A DNA stretch of 64,000 nt, from assembly GCA_951804945.1 (NCBI GenBank), contig OX638154.1, positions 53,692,001-53,756,000 of the forward strand. The letters run 5' to 3'. The notes below the pieces were generated by a model. The model was given only the letters and a program-made list of their open reading frames with translations. It was not told the DNA's origin and ran no database searches. Positions 23,772 to 43,211 of the stretch are shown here, in pieces (position 1 is the first letter of the stretch; each line of letters begins with the position of its first letter). Source of the DNA: Podarcis cretensis. Its lineage: Eukaryota. The translations under genes were made by a program, and so were the position numbers.

Positions 23772-25861
23772 CAGGTACTTGCAGTGATGCAGCTTTTTGG
23801 AATCAGCACTCAGTTGAAGAGTTAATTTAGTTTATTTTATTTATATTTATCGAACAAATCTAAGAAATATTGATTTTACATACTGTATAAATAGCTGAAA
23901 GGTTTTTTCAATAGAGAAATGTGTGTGGTTAAACTGAAATGTCGGAGGAAATTCTAGGGAAGCACAATGAAACAAATTCAAAGCTTACTTTCAAAATGTT
24001 TATTGTAAGGCTGCAATCCTATACTTATTTACCTGAGTTAATGAACTCAAAATAATTTACTTCTGAGTAAGCATGTACAGGATTACTCTCTCCCTCCTCC
24101 TATTAGTATAAATATCATATTTATTAGTAAATAGGTCAATGGGGCTTATTTCTTAGTAAGCATATTTGAAAGTGCAGCCTGAGAAGGGGCTATGAATGAA
24201 GGCATTGAAATCTGACCATATGAGCATTCCTAGAGCTATACACACAAAATAACTTAGGATAATCTCCTGAATAAGTTAACTCCAACTTTGATTTTAGACT
24301 ATTACTGTAAAATTTTAGTAGTGGGATGAGCACTGTATCTAGCTGCATATGCTTTCTGTAAAGTTATGCGGAAGTCTGGAGATTTGCTATCTGTCCAAAC
24401 CCATATAAGCAAGCCATTTATTTGTCTGGTATGTTCTTAGAGATCCATGCTCCCATTCATAGAACTGGTCCTTACCCTCTCAAACTGATGAAAATGTATC
24501 TTGTTAGAAGATAGTATTGTTCCCAGCCTTCGAAAGGACCAGACTTTTGGAAAGAGGCCTGGCCCTTCTGCTAGAAGGGAGTTAATCTTGCACTGGAATG
24601 AGACCAGAATGTCACGAAGAAGACAATCTAGACACTTAGCAGTGCACCAGTTGTTTTGTCGCTAAATGTAAAAAATTCAACTAACAGCTTCCAATTTGGG
24701 CAGTTCAACTGCCAACAACAAACGCATTAATAATTTTCTCAGCTTCCATTCATTAATACCCTGTGCACATACCTAATCATTAGAAATATATGCTATGCAT
24801 TGGAAGAGGATGAAGGCTCTGAAAATCTGTTCTCCATGGGGCCACCAAAAGCCGGATATTTTGAAGTGCACACTACAAAGCTCATGTTGCAAGGGAACTG
24901 GGAGAATAGAAGACAACACACCTGTGCTGCTGACATTTATAGCGCCATACTGTATAATGAGAGTTCATCATACCTAAATATAGAGCTTCAACCCTATTCA
25001 GGGAAACTTAACAGTTATTAACTTTAAGACTTGGGCAATTTAGCAAAGACGTAAATGCAAAGCAAAACTTTGCTGCTGTTATACTACAGAGTACTCAACA
25101 CACAAATCAAACAACCATGGCAGATTGATGGTCATTAAGTCCTTAGTTACTTATATACTATTCTAAACAAAAGTGAACCCACACCCCCTCAATGCATGTT
25201 CGAGGGAGTAGTATTAGTAGGCATGCCCGATGGCATTTGGAGACTACCAATTCTACACCGTGAAGAATCCCGTTCAGCAATCCTGCCTGCCAAAATCACA
25301 GCTCTAAGGGTGGCATTTTAGTATAGTGGTAAGGAAAAGCCTGACCCGACCATTACAACAGCATGTGCTTTTTAAGGCGGATGAAGCTTCCAAGTCAAAC
25401 AACTTTCACTCATTTTTTTAAAAAAAACTTCCATACAAGCATACTTAGTGTTAATGCACTAGCTCCTAAACAGGAGGAAGCAACTGCTCCCTGGGTTTTT
25501 AGTATCAATGTAGAACAGCAGCTAAACAAATGCCTGGCCTTAGTATTTTGTCCAAACCCAGGATCCTGGTTAATGTGTCTCTTCCTTAACCACAACGTGT
25601 AACCACAGGACAAACATTGGCTACAGTTCATGGTTAAGGAGGAGAAACCCTAACTAGGATCCCAGGTTTAGAAGACATATTAAGACAAACCTTGCATTAG
25701 CTTTCATCCCATAGCACTTAAAAATCCTGGGAGGAAGCTAAGTAGGTGTGAGCTCCTCGTCAGCAACCAACACGTTCACATGGTCACAGTAAACCATACT
25801 CAAGTCTTTGCCTCACTGTCCATAAATAATCACATCAATCATTTATACAAGACTGTAGGTA

Positions 25862-25867
25862 TTTATT
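25862..25867 (-). terminator. RPS8 polyadenylation signal
   Basis: AATAAA on minus strand ~25 nt after the stop; short 3'UTR is typical of RP genes. Confidence 0.8.
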
Positions 25868-25891
25868 CAGCACATTAGATACAGTGACTGT

Positions 25892-30718
<4,827 letters not shown>

Positions 30719-31100
30719 CCTTCTCCGGAGGCGCCGACTGCAAAGAGAAGGCCGCAAAGCACCACGGGGCGGTTTGTTGCCCGTCAAATCTCGCGATGGC
30801 TTCTGCGTGATCTCAGCGCGTCCGCTGTGCGTCTGAACGTCATCGAAGTGAGACGCGTCTGCGCGGTCGGCGAAGGAATGCGACCGCGGCAAAGACAAGA
30901 ACCGAAGTGTGTCCGACGGCAGGTGTGCGCGGAGGGAAGCGAGCTATTTGTACCCAGCCATGGATGACCGCTGCACACCGCATTAGAGCTTCTGTGCTTT
31001 GCTACTCTGCGCAGGTCTGTTACTCGGCCCATGCAGTTGCGTAGAAAGGTTTCTCCACTTGCAGTAGCTGTAGAAAAGGGAGCTTCTCGCACGTTTTCCG
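30719..31100 (-). promoter_or_regulatory. RPS8 CpG-island promoter with 5'TOP/TCT start
   Basis: CCTTCTCTTT (30742-30751, minus) ~25-30 nt above the ATG; TCTCGCGA motif (BANP/ZBTB33 type) at 30789-30796; high CpG density ~30140-31100. Confidence 0.85.
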
Positions 31101-32964
31101 CAGTTCTGCAGCCATGACAGGTAAGCTAAGCCTGCTAATGTTCCCTCTCCTGCATGACCGTTAAAAAGGTACACGGCTCTTGTAAAATAATTGTATCCGG
31201 TAGTTTAAAAAAATACGCACGCAACGAAACGGAAAGGCAGATTAACACAAAATGTAGGTGGTACCAACTACGCCTGTCCTTCAGTTTGATATGACATTGG
31301 CGACAATGGCATACAGTGAAGGATTGTAACAGTCTGAGAAAGATGGAAACCAGAACATTTGGAATAGGCTAGTGCTGATCTCAAAAAGAATAATACTTGA
31401 ATTAAAAACTAGGATTTCTCAACAAATCTTACTCCAGTCACATTATCCCCCACGACAGGTGCTAAATTAGATACGAAGGAAACATCAGTTACAACTATTA
31501 TGATAAGGGTATCTTCTATAAATTTGGGCTTTGCATAGGTATGTCAAAAACCCACTGCACCCCATACATACATACACACACACACACACATACATACACA
31601 TTTACACACACACATTGAAGACAATGCTTTATACATCTAACAAATGGGCTCTAGTTTATGAAAGCATGTACCATAATAAATCTACTTTAGACTTTAAGGT
31701 GTCAATGCAGGAAAGCCAGTATTTCAGCATAGAATCAGAGTTGGATGGGACCTTGAAGTTCAACTCTTTGCTGATGCAGAAGATCTACAAAATCCCAAAT
31801 AGGAGACCAAGATTTGGTTAGGAAAAAAACCCAATACCCCATTCTAATCTTCCACTGTGCATCAAAACTGACATGAGCCAGATTCTTCACAAATATCACC
31901 TGTCTTACCAAGCATAGCCATATCCCCAGCTGAGAGTCTAGTCATGTCATATCACTACAGCTCTAGGAAAGTTCCAGATTTTACTATGAAATTCTTGCAA
32001 CCTAGTTGAAATTAATTTGAAAGTTGATAAATGTTTAAGTACATGTGAACCTATATAGCCATCCTACAAGTTCAGCTAAGTTTATTTTTTATTACAGTAG
32101 TCCAGAGTCACAATAAATGTTATCCTTTGGTGAGTCAGCGTTCTTCTGCTGCTACCTGAACATGTGATTGAGAGTACTTGCAGCAGATGATTTCTGCATA
32201 TTGGCGAGCAGAAGATACAGTCTCCTATGCTGGCTGTGTATATATAAGTTGTCTGTAGTATGTTGATTCATAATATATTCCTGCTATTTCTGCAAATTAA
32301 ATATTTTGGTTGTTCATGTTGAGTCTGATGCAAAGGCTCTCTTAAGATTGCACATTCCTAGTGAGGTTTTGTTGTTGAATAGCAGGTTCCCATGCTGTAT
32401 AATGCATTGCTTTTAGAAGAGATTTGCCATGTAGCAATGAGTGTGTTGTTCAGGAAGCTTCAAGCCCAAGGAACTGCTGAGCATAAGGAACTAAGTTCTT
32501 TGGGTGCAATAATTGTGTCTTTGAATTTTAAGAATTGAAGCTGTTTCTAGAGCCTGTGGATTATTATATTTATTTCCCACTTTCCCCCAAAGAACTCAAT
32601 ATAGCATATGGGGGGGGGGTTATTGGGTTGTGATTTTATATTGTAACCACCCCGAGACCTGCAGGTATAGGGCGGGATACAAATTAAATAGTGTGTGTGT
32701 ATACTTGGTTCCCCACCCCTGTTTTATCCTCAGAACAACCCTGTGAGTTAGTCTAGGTTGAGACTGACACAATGAGTATCAAATTAAAGTAGGTTTGATT
32801 TGAATTCTCTATATTTTCTTCAGTGTATAAACATTAGCATTTCCACTTAGCCTCTCTCCCTCACTTTACACTTAGATGTTAATTTATGTTCAGTTCTGAT
32901 AATCTCTGCATTGTAATGTAAAATTGTTCTGCACAGAGAGCAAGAGAAGCACAACTATTCAACT

Positions 32965-33227
32965 GGTAAGGTAAAGGTAAAGGGACCCCTGACCATTAGG
33001 TCCAGTCGTGGCCGACCCTGGGGTTGCGGCGCTCATCTCACTTTATTGGCCGAGGGAGCCGGCATACAGCTTCCGAGTCATGTGGCCAGCATGACTAAGC
33101 CGCTTCAGGCGAACCAGAGCAGCGCACAGAAACGCCGTTTACCTTCCCGCAGGAGCGGTACCTATTTATCTATCTACTTGCACTTTGATGTGCTTTCGAA
33201 CTGCTAGGTTGGCAGGAGCAGGGACCC
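32965..33227 (-). mobile_element. 5'-truncated Sauria SINE
   Basis: (AAAGGT)n tail on +, body homologous to 50808-51167, no tRNA head. Confidence 0.88.
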
Positions 33228-33397
33228 CTTGCTTAAAAACCAAATCAGGATTTATTCAAGTTACTCAAAACTTTTCTTTAAAGCAGGTTCTGTTATATGA
33301 AGGCCACAATAACACAAAATAAGGATAGCCAAGTTGCCTTACTTATATAGTATTTCATGAGAAATGAGACACAGAATTGGCAAACTGATGCAAAATA

Positions 33398-33403
33398 TTT
33401 ATT
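33398..33403 (-). terminator. Candidate GPBP1L1 polyadenylation signal
   Basis: AATAAA on minus strand ~730 nt after the stop; a distal pair occurs near 32081-32093. Confidence 0.5.
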
Positions 33404-34133
33404 CCAAGTTAGTTATCTTTTGTTGCAGTAGTTTTCCCCCTCATACAGACTCAATGTGATAGTCACTTTTTTAAATCTGTAAATAATGTTATCAAAATAA
33501 TCTTAATCTTTGAAGTCCCACAAAAAATTTATATTTTACAATCCACCCTGAATATCAAGGTTGCAAGAACACAAACAATTCCTATATCCAAATATTTTAC
33601 AGCTGTACCCCCAAAAAAGAAAAAAACCCAAACACGCCTGGTTAAGTGATGAAGCTCCCCGAGCCGCCAAAAAACAAAATAAAAAAGTTCCATGTTATTA
33701 GCATTAATTTAACACAATTAGAACTTCCATAGCCATTTTGTCATTGACAATGATTGTTTTAGCACATTATTGCCGCACAGCATTTTGCTATGTGGACGGC
33801 AGTATGAGAAGCATGTGGCTGCCCAACTCAGTCCCTTACATCCTGCTGCTGATGAGACTGAAACTATGCCTTGCACCAGAAGGCCATGAGTCACCCATCT
33901 GCATGGACTGTTCTCTATGAAGCATAGAAGGGCAAAACCAAAAATAAGCCAATAGCTTTCTTCTTTGGGATATAATTCTTTCCCTTGTGCATGAAGTTTT
34001 CAACAATAAAAAGAAACTGAACAGACTTGAGACAGAATAAACTCTGCTTCATTTGAACCCCAAACATTTATGTGCTGAACTACAAACTGAGTTTGCTGGG
34101 TTGTTTTGTACTGTGGGTTTTTTGTGCCTATTT

Positions 34134-37100
34134 TCAGGCATCATCGTCTGAAGTTTCACTGCTACTTGTTTCTGTATCCGACTCCTCAAACTCTGTCTTA
34201 AAAGTGCTTCTCCAGTGGGAGAATAGTTGACTGTTGCCACGGCCTTGAAGAAATCCATTCTTCCTAAAGCCGTTTCTTCTTAGCTGCAGGAAAGAAAGGA
34301 AAATGAATTCATATTTGTTTCCCTTTTCCATTCAGAGCTCAAAGCAGAGTACACTCTAATACTATGTACATATAAAACAAAGTCTATATAGGCTTGTCAA
34401 CATGCAAAAAAATAACTGAGTAGACGCTTTTGCAGTCATCTCACAGGTTTTATGAAATAAAACTAGGAAATGAGCAATGCTAAAAGACTGATAATAATAT
34501 TAAACACAAAAGCTAAACATACCTGCTCTGACTTTATTTGGAACTCTTTGAGCTCATCCTCTGTGAGGGGAAGGCAATTCTCATCATTTTCAGGGTATTC
34601 TTGCCACCCCATTGCTTTCAATAACCTAGCAATTTAAAGGAGATGGGGTGGGTTGAGAAAGAGAGGTTGGATTAACAATGGAAGAAAGACCCACCCCCAC
34701 ATCACAATGCATACAAAATTGACACGTTTTCTATAGATACTCACCACTGGTTTTTACATGAATTAGTTAAGTTCTATTTAACAAGCATTGTTAACAATGC
34801 TTGTTAAATAATGTTAAATAATTGTTAACAATTATTTAACAAGTATTCTTCAGCTGCAAAGGAACATAGGGTGACTTTATGAAGAAGGACCTAGGTAATG
34901 AAAGTAAATGATGTGGTTATGAGGGACTGGGGAATGAAAAAGGAATATGGCAGGAATCGGGAGCTTTTTTGTGACAGGCCCACTCCTGAGGGTTAATGTG
35001 AGAAAGAACTGGACCAGTGATGGCTAGAGCTAGAAGCCAAGTGGATGGGGTTGCCCCCTTCTCCCTCTCAGGTTATAACTGAGTAGAATACACCTCTTGC
35101 GTTCTTTATTCATTAGTAAGAAAGCAACTATTCTTGAGGAATAGTTTTTTGTGTATGCATGCTGACATGCATGTATTAGGTGCTTGTCAGCATGTCAAAA
35201 TCTGAGGGGTGATAAATAATGGGGAAAATAATTGTGTCATCTGCCTCTTCCAGAGCAAATGGGAGAAAATGTCTCTTCCCCAACTCACTCTACCTTGTGG
35301 CAGCAACATCACTGTCAACAGGGACTCTGTGACAAATGATGGCAAATATACCTTGCTCCCTACTCCTGTTATGAATCATAGAACTGTAGAGTTGGAAGCT
35401 ATCCCAAGGGTTATCTAGTCCAACTCCCTGCAATGCAGGAATCACAACTAAAGCATCCCTAACAGATAAGGAGCCATTACTCCTATGCCTGCTCTGAGGA
35501 AGCAGCACTGTAGCATCAGAGGTTGAGCAATTACTGGGTTCAGGTTTATGCAGGCCTGATCTAGCCGTGACATTAAGTATCTACTGTTGTGCTCAAACAG
35601 CTGGGGTAGTGTCAGAAGACTTAATGATTTATTCCACAAAAACATTCTGGTCTTATGTGTGATAGATAGCTGTTAGGGAGTTACACCCTTGCCATCACCT
35701 TTGAAATAATATGCCTCTGTGCAAAGACCCTCCCAGTATATGAGCACCCACTGCAGGACAGCACACTACGCTGCAAGAACAGCATGATCAAACAATAGAA
35801 GCAAAAACTGACAATATCATGTGGTTGGTGATAGAAGTTTAAGAAGTTTCAGGTTCTACTTTTACTTCTGACTCTTATTCCACTAATTTATCTACAACGC
35901 TGGTAGAAAAAGATTTTCCTTAGCAGTCTGTCTTCCCTCTCACCTGTGTTCTGCTTCTAATGAGTGAGAAAGGTTCTCCCCTTCTTCTAAAGGCAGAGAA
36001 AGACCATTCTGGTGACAATTCTCTTCCCAGTTTTCCTTTGGTTCTGGTGTGCTGCCATCCTCCATCTGGCAAGGGAGAAAAAAATAAGTCAAATTGCCTG
36101 GTGAAGGCTGCTGAGCTAGGTAGGCCTTGTATATCATGCAAGGCCTACCTAGGCTTTTAGATCATAGTATCAAACAACCACTCTTGTACTGCTATCTATC
36201 CAATCAAAACCACACTTTCTATGGAATAAGCCCAGCAAGACTTCAAAACATGCACAAATTGCTCTGTAAGGAGTTTACTTTTGGGAAAATAATCAATATA
36301 TACCCTGCCTTCCTGACCATAATTAATACTAACAAATTACATTGTAAAAATATTCTTTTTTTCAAGATCCTTCTATCTAGAACCTGTAGTTTCTAGAATG
36401 TTAAGCAAGTCCTACTAGTAAGAACACAATCCAGCAAAGTAAAAACACATGTGCAACGGTGCTATGTGTGCAATTTTCGAGCATTGATGAATCCTACAAT
36501 AAAGGATTGTGAATGGGTTCCCAACAAATAACTTAACCATGTATTCTGCACACATCGGATCTGGTCCCACAGACATCTGACAAAATGCTTAGTTGTAACC
36601 TTATTGTAACCAATAAGGGTCTTTTGCTTCCAAGGTCAGTAGCCAGTACTCTTTAATACCTCTATCACCCTTTATTTCCCAAAAGTAAAAAGACTTTAAA
36701 AGCTTTCAATTACCTTAATGTGCTAGTCCAGCACAATTATTTGGGGAGTGGGGGAATGAAAATGTCTATACTGTTTTGTGTTATGCACTTTACATTTCTA
36801 AAAATTAAATACAGCTTTGTTTTATTTGTTGAAAAAACTAGTACATATAGATTAAAAAATGAATTTCTGCAGGGCTTATTCGTTAAGTGGACATACTGTG
36901 CATGAAGAGGACACACATTTTGTTTATGCGAAAACTCACTCCTTTAACTATCATTTATCACCTATCTGCACAAGTCAAAGAACAGAACCAAAATTCAAAT
37001 TCCCATAAAAAGTAGCTGATTACCAGACAAGTCAAACACTTGGAAAATACCAGTTCTGCCATACCTTTAACACAGCATTTCATTTCACATTCAAAAATCC

Positions 37101-40100
37101 CTATCATTTTAATACTCTAGAAAGAAAAACGGGAGCTGCACCCTTACATCCTCCAATTTGTTGCTCTCATGGCGCTCTGGCAACTCCCCATTCCGGTCAT
37201 CCTTCAAGGCCTTCAAGAACTCACTCTTCTTATCTGTGGTGCGGCGCATCAGCTTTGTCAAGCGAGAGGAGTTTATTTCAATGGGAGGGGTGATGCTGGA
37301 AGGACTCTGTAGAGAGAATAAAAGTGCTGCAAATCTTCCAGAGTTTACTTTTTACCAGAGGGATCCTGTCCTCCCTACCTCATTTCTATTTGTGTCATTT
37401 AAGCTGGGTGATCATAAGTATATCTTCACTGATGTTCAAATACTTTCAAATCCAGTTTTTAAATACAACCTTTCAAGCTTACCTCTTTGGAAGAGGTGAG
37501 AACAGAGCCACTGGCCAGTACAGCAGGTTTGGTTACAGACACTGGACTTGTAAAAGCAGAATCACGGCTGGAGGAGAGCGAGCCTGGTTTATGTTCACTT
37601 CTGTTAGCTTTCCATTGGCTTGGCTACCATGTGAAGAGAACAAATACAGTAACATTAGGGAGCAAGAAACTGCATAAAAACAACATCTATAATTAATCTA
37701 GTAACTCAATTTTTTATCTTGCTTAAAACTAGACAGTCACCTTGATTACTATTTACATTTTTGTCAGCAGGCTGAAAAAACTGGCACCAGCCCCATCACG
37801 GATCCAGGAAAAGAAAAGGAAAAGAAAGTGGTCGGAGTAATGTAGAAAGTTTCCCATCCCCATTTCTACTTGTGACGGGCTTTGGCAGGCCTTGCTTATT
37901 CCTACAAAGAGGTGAGAAGGTGCAACAGTGGGCAATTAGAATTCCCCTGAATGTGTGCAAATAGAGAGGGCTGCATTTATCCTACAAGACACATGTTGTG
38001 CATGGTGATTATATGGTAACACCCTGTGTAAAACATTTAAACTGGAGAGGAAGCATTAAGAGTTGAAGACAGGGAATACAAAAGTAGAAGCCAGGAACAG
38101 CTGGGGAGAAAGCATGCAGAACTGGAGTAACGAGGGAACCTGGCACATGTCCCTAAGTCACAAGTAAATAGAGACTGTTGAGAGCTTAATACCAAATGTT
38201 CCTGTGTCTACTGGTTGTCATAATGCAGCCCTTCTCAGCAAAGGAGAGAGGGCACACCCTCACACTGGGGAGCGGGGAGAAAAGAGAAAAGAAGGGAAGT
38301 GCATATAGAACACCAACTCAAGATAACCAGTTTTTTAAAAAAACTTTTAACCTTCAACATGAACCCCTTCTTTCCATTTACATTCTAATGGTATTGTATA
38401 GGTTTAGTACAGCACAATTTAATATTTCCTTTAGGTTAGTCAACAGAACGTTAAAACTTCACCTGCAGTGGTACCTTTACCTTTTATCTGAGTGAACCTA
38501 TGCATACCTTGGAAGGGGGTGTTGCAGGCTTGGGAACCAGATTTTTGTAGACACTTGGGACAATGGTAGTTGCCTTGTTGCCATTTGAAAGCTGAGGCCC
38601 TGGTGACGTAAATGCAGCTGAGAAGGCAGCAGCAGGATCTTCTTTTGAAACCTTTTTGATGACCAGCATCTTGGTAGGTTGCTTGGCACTAGGAGGGTTT
38701 TCTAGTAAAAGGGGTGGGGAAGAGAAACACACCAAATTTCCATTAAAAATGCAGTTCATCCCTAGTTCAAATGGGAATGGATGGTTTTATAGACACTACT
38801 TGTTACAGGAAGGCAGAAACATAGTCTTCAAGAGTTACAAGTTCACTCTTTTCTCAGCCCAGTTATTGTAGCACCTGCTCAAACAGGAAATATTTGGTGA
38901 CAGCTCATCATATAGGACAGGATCTGAGAAGGACTAGTCTGGAAATGTAGTTAACAAATAGATTTATTTTAGGTTTTCAACCAAAATGGATATTCAGTTC
39001 AAATAAAGCCCAATTCTAAAGGACAGCGCTTTATATAATTGCAATCTGATGAAACAAGTTATATTCACTATTCTTCCATGAGCGTCTTTGGAGGGAACAA
39101 ACCTGGACCAGTAGGAATCAGTTGTGCATATTGTTACAAGCTCATCTTTAGGCCCAATATAGTTTAGATGAGCACTAAGATGCAAATAGCTATGCTTATC
39201 TTAGGCCTCTCACAAAAAGTCTTGATTTTCAATTAGTATGTTCCATTCTGGCTATATGTCTGTAACCAGCGGTATGCATAGGGCCTAACAATCTTAAGGA
39301 CTACTTTGGATGTTACATGGCTGAACATTGGTACCGTAGATGTGTGATTAATGGTTAGTAGATAACATGGGCTGCTTTGGGCATTAAAAAGGATCCATAA
39401 CTCATTGAATCAAGTCCTTCCTTTACTATGTGACTTCTTAAGGCTCAGGGCTCAAGCACCACTCTTGCTTGTGCCATGTGTCTGGTGGTTTGAATGAGGG
39501 ATGGGAAACACAGCACTTTCCACATTGCTGGAAAGAACTGGAGAAGTGCTCTAGATACTGAATGGGCAGAATTTAAATGTCTAGGATGCTGAATGTCAAA
39601 TATGATGGGGGTGGGGGAAGAAGAGAAGAGAACACAGGCATTTCTTGGTGAGACCCAAGGACTCTACCACTAAATATCCAAGGCATCTTTGAAAATTCTA
39701 AGATTCAGCTCAATCTGCTTCAGAATTCTTGGGATTGAAAATGGAAAGACAATTTATATCTTTTACTAAGAAGGTGGCTGTTCGATGATGCCTCAATACC
39801 TACCCCAAACACCAGATGGAGTCCCAACTGGTTTACTCTGGCTGTTCTGTTTTCCAGCTTCTGGATTCAATGATGGCTAGAAAACAAAAAGAAAAACGTA
39901 TGTCTTACTATGATACAAAATTTTATTAACTCCATTTTCAAGTTACTTAGTTAGGACTAAGTTTTAAAAACTTAATAATTGTATTTAAATTCAACATTAT
40001 TCTCTCACAATTTACATACCAACATCTTGACAATGTTCCTTTGCTGTTGTACTTAATTACTCTGCAAACCAGTGCAAGCAAATAGCAAGTTATTAAAGAA

Positions 40101-43100
40101 CTAGGTTGGAGATACAAATAGGTTTAAGTGAAGCAGATGTACTGCATGAAAAGAAGATTTAATTTTTTTATATAGTCTAAACATGGAATAATCAGTATGC
40201 CTGATTAGCATCTAGCATTAGGGAAAGCTGTGAATTTGAAGGAGGAAGAAACTAAAATGATACTGGTTGCCCAACTGGCCCGTGGTAGGAACTTCCCATC
40301 TATATCCAAAGAAAGGAGTTTTCCTTTGAACATGTAAGTGGACACATGTTCTGGATACATCTCTGGGGGCAGAGCCTTCACACATTATGCAGTTTGGGGA
40401 AACACAGAGATGCATGAAAGCATAGAAGAAATCAGTGCTTGTGAAAAATCAGCAGGAAACCTTGTTGAAAACACAGTACTGTACACTTACAAAGTCTTCC
40501 TCCTCAAATTGCAGTTTCTCCTTTTCTTCCTTTTCCTCCCTCGTCTCAGCAGGTGGCTTTTCCTGAAAGGCTGAACCCTTTCGGGAGTGGAAATTGCCAT
40601 TCCAGTGGCGATGGGATCCAGTTCCTCCTCCTCCTCTTTGATTCATGCCATCATGGCCTCGTGAAGAACCATACCAGCCAGGCTGATTGCCAGCTAGCCC
40701 AACATGAACTCCTTTAGAAGCACCAGAGTCCACAGAATCATGACGGTGCAGGGAAGGCTGATGCCAGCAGTCTGCATGAGAGGAAGATTGTTGTATGAAT
40801 AAAAATAGTCAATACCTAAAATATCTGCCATAGTACAGATCTCTAATGAAGCCAGCATGCAGCAACAATGCACTTTGTCAGGGGTTGGGAACCTCTGGTG
40901 CAGGAACCAATTTGGACCTACAATGCACCCCAGCTACTTCTGGCAAATCACACCTATCTATTCCCCTCCCCCCAATGCCATATGCAGCTATTGAAGTGGC
41001 TTCAAAGGAACAATTGGAAGCAAGCTCATCATTGTTCCCTTGCTGAAGCAGGGCACACTCTAACCATCCATCAGTTGATTTTTATGGAAACAAATGCTCA
41101 AAAGGAGGGAAAATTCTTCACTTTAGCAGGGCATTCAGTGCAAACACCATAGCAAACCTGGAGCAAACCTCTTTGAAGGCATACTGGGAGTACTCTTTCA
41201 TAGAGGCACATCACCTCATTGTGATTGACAGGTGGGAGACCCTGCCCAAATTTGGCCTGCAAAGTGTAGGGCAGAAACAGATTTGGCCCACTTGGGGGAA
41301 AACTTCCCCATCCCTGCTCTATGTCAGTTCAGAATATCAACCTTACTACTCCAACCAGATTTTGGGATTACAGCCTTTATTGTGAAGCCCAAGTGAACAA
41401 TATACCCTAACCATTCTACCATACAAGCAATGACATTATAGTCTTCTATCACAGCTGTCTTCTTGATGTTTGCTTAAGTATGCCAACAGACTCCTAGCAC
41501 ATCATGAAAAATCAGAATACCACCTACTTTTTATAAGGCGGGGTGCTCACAGTTTACTCTCTCATAGGAAACAATTGTTACAAAGCCCTGGGTAAGTTGA
41601 AAACCTCCACACTTTTATCTCAAATAATCAGGTTTTTCAAGCATTTAAATGTTTGCAGCACCTGAGTAATAAAACCTAAGACCAGTGTGTACAAGTTCTA
41701 GTATGAGCCCTTTTATATACCTCCTGCAGTTCTGAGGGGACCATTATTAAAAAAGCCATCAGAAGAGTTGTGGCGTCTCCGGCTTACTCCAAAGCGGCCC
41801 TCTCCCCGAGGAAGATGCTCTCCGTGCTTCTCAAGAGTGGTTCCAGAGGCCTATTAAGGAAAAAAATAATAATCAAAACATGCAAAGGCTCTGGAATTAT
41901 GAGCTCTGCATGAGTTTTCAGGAGTTTATCAACAGACTGTTTCCTACTTTGTTCAAAAGTGATATTCCAGTGACCACCAGAAACAACCAACAAAGCTATA
42001 TTTGGTATATATGTACCAGCTTCAGCCACACATTTGCAATTGTGTAGAATCTGTTCCTTCCTTGACGCCTTTTAAATACACTGTGACAGCAAGTTATCTT
42101 GCTATTATTTCAGGATAACAGATTGATCAACTGTCAAACAGTTTAGGACCTATGTTGGAAAATGGCATTTAGATTCTTCATTTATAAGAAGCCACTGAAA
42201 GTGTACATTGAGTGCATTATAATAGTTCTATGCATTATGATAATCCAATCTGGATATTGTCATTAATTATTGCTACCAGGTCTGTCCTAACCAGGAATGG
42301 GAACTGCTGGTGCACCTATCAAAACTAGCAAAAAGCACTTCTGGCTATAGCTGCTACTGGGCACACAGGAGCAATGCCACACCCCCATGCTGCACATTTG
42401 AATCTTAAGGGTAAAGACAACCCTATCCAAATTATATATATACTCTTACAAGGGGCTCCCAGTAGCCTGGCTTCCAGGACAACACCAGCTTAGCTTCAGT
42501 CATATTGTAGCATTTGTTGTTCCCAGAACATCCACTTTGTCCCTCAGGGCACATATTTTGCCCGCATATTTTGTGTGTTACTGTAATGGTAAATGTTTGG
42601 ATTTTCTCTGTGCATGACTTTGAGAGACTGGCTGTTCCAAACCAGGGGTTGAGAACCATTTTCAACCCGAGGTCTACATTCCCTGGGAACCTTCCAGGGG
42701 ATGCATGCCAGTGGTGGGTGGGGCCAGAGGCAAAAGTGCATGGATCAATTAATGTAACTAGAATAGGCTACATTGCAGCCACGCAAAACACAAGTGTTTA
42801 AACCAACCCTTCCCAATGAAGCAAAAAACAGTTTGAAGAGGGCACTGGTTACATTTAAGTTTTGCAGCTTTTTCCATGTCATGACAACACACCATTAGTG
42901 ACAAATTGTCCAAAAATGCAATTTGTATGTTAGTTTTTTTAATGCAAGCATTAGTTTGACAAATGGGCTATCAACTCTGGTAGCAATGTCCTACCATTTT
43001 ATTGTTGATGCACTTTTAATGTGGGCTCAATATGGCCAATATAACTTACTATTTTACAAAACCGTGTATGCATTTCATAATCAAATAGGCAACCTAGTCA

Positions 43101-43211
43101 TAACTTGTCTAAATGTTATTGAAGAGTTTGATCCAAGATTCAGTTGTTTACCTTAGCAGACTGCGGTGTAGAGAAGTTAAGCCAGGCAGGAACAAAGTCA
43201 TGCTGCGCCAT
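34134..43211 (-). CDS. GPBP1L1: GC-rich promoter binding protein 1-like 1 (vasculin-like protein 1), 470 aa
   Basis: Exons 43152-43211, 41721-41850, 40491-40771, 39804-39876, 38508-38701, 37483-37623, 37148-37306, 35944-36065, 34523-34625, 34134-34283 (1413 nt, GT-AG). MAQHDFVPAWLNFSTPQSAK...RRRHNSSDGF...FEEEDFPSLNPE...KMLVIKK...LSHSLEAEHRLLKAMGWQEYPENDENCLPLTEDELKEF...SSETSDDDA. Confidence 0.97.
34775..34841. repeat. Two adjacent perfect palindromes (36 bp and 30 bp)
   Basis: TATTTAACAAGCATTGTT|AACAATGCTTGTTAAATA (34775-34810) and TGTTAAATAATTGTT|AACAATTATTTAACA (34812-34841). Confidence 0.95.
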
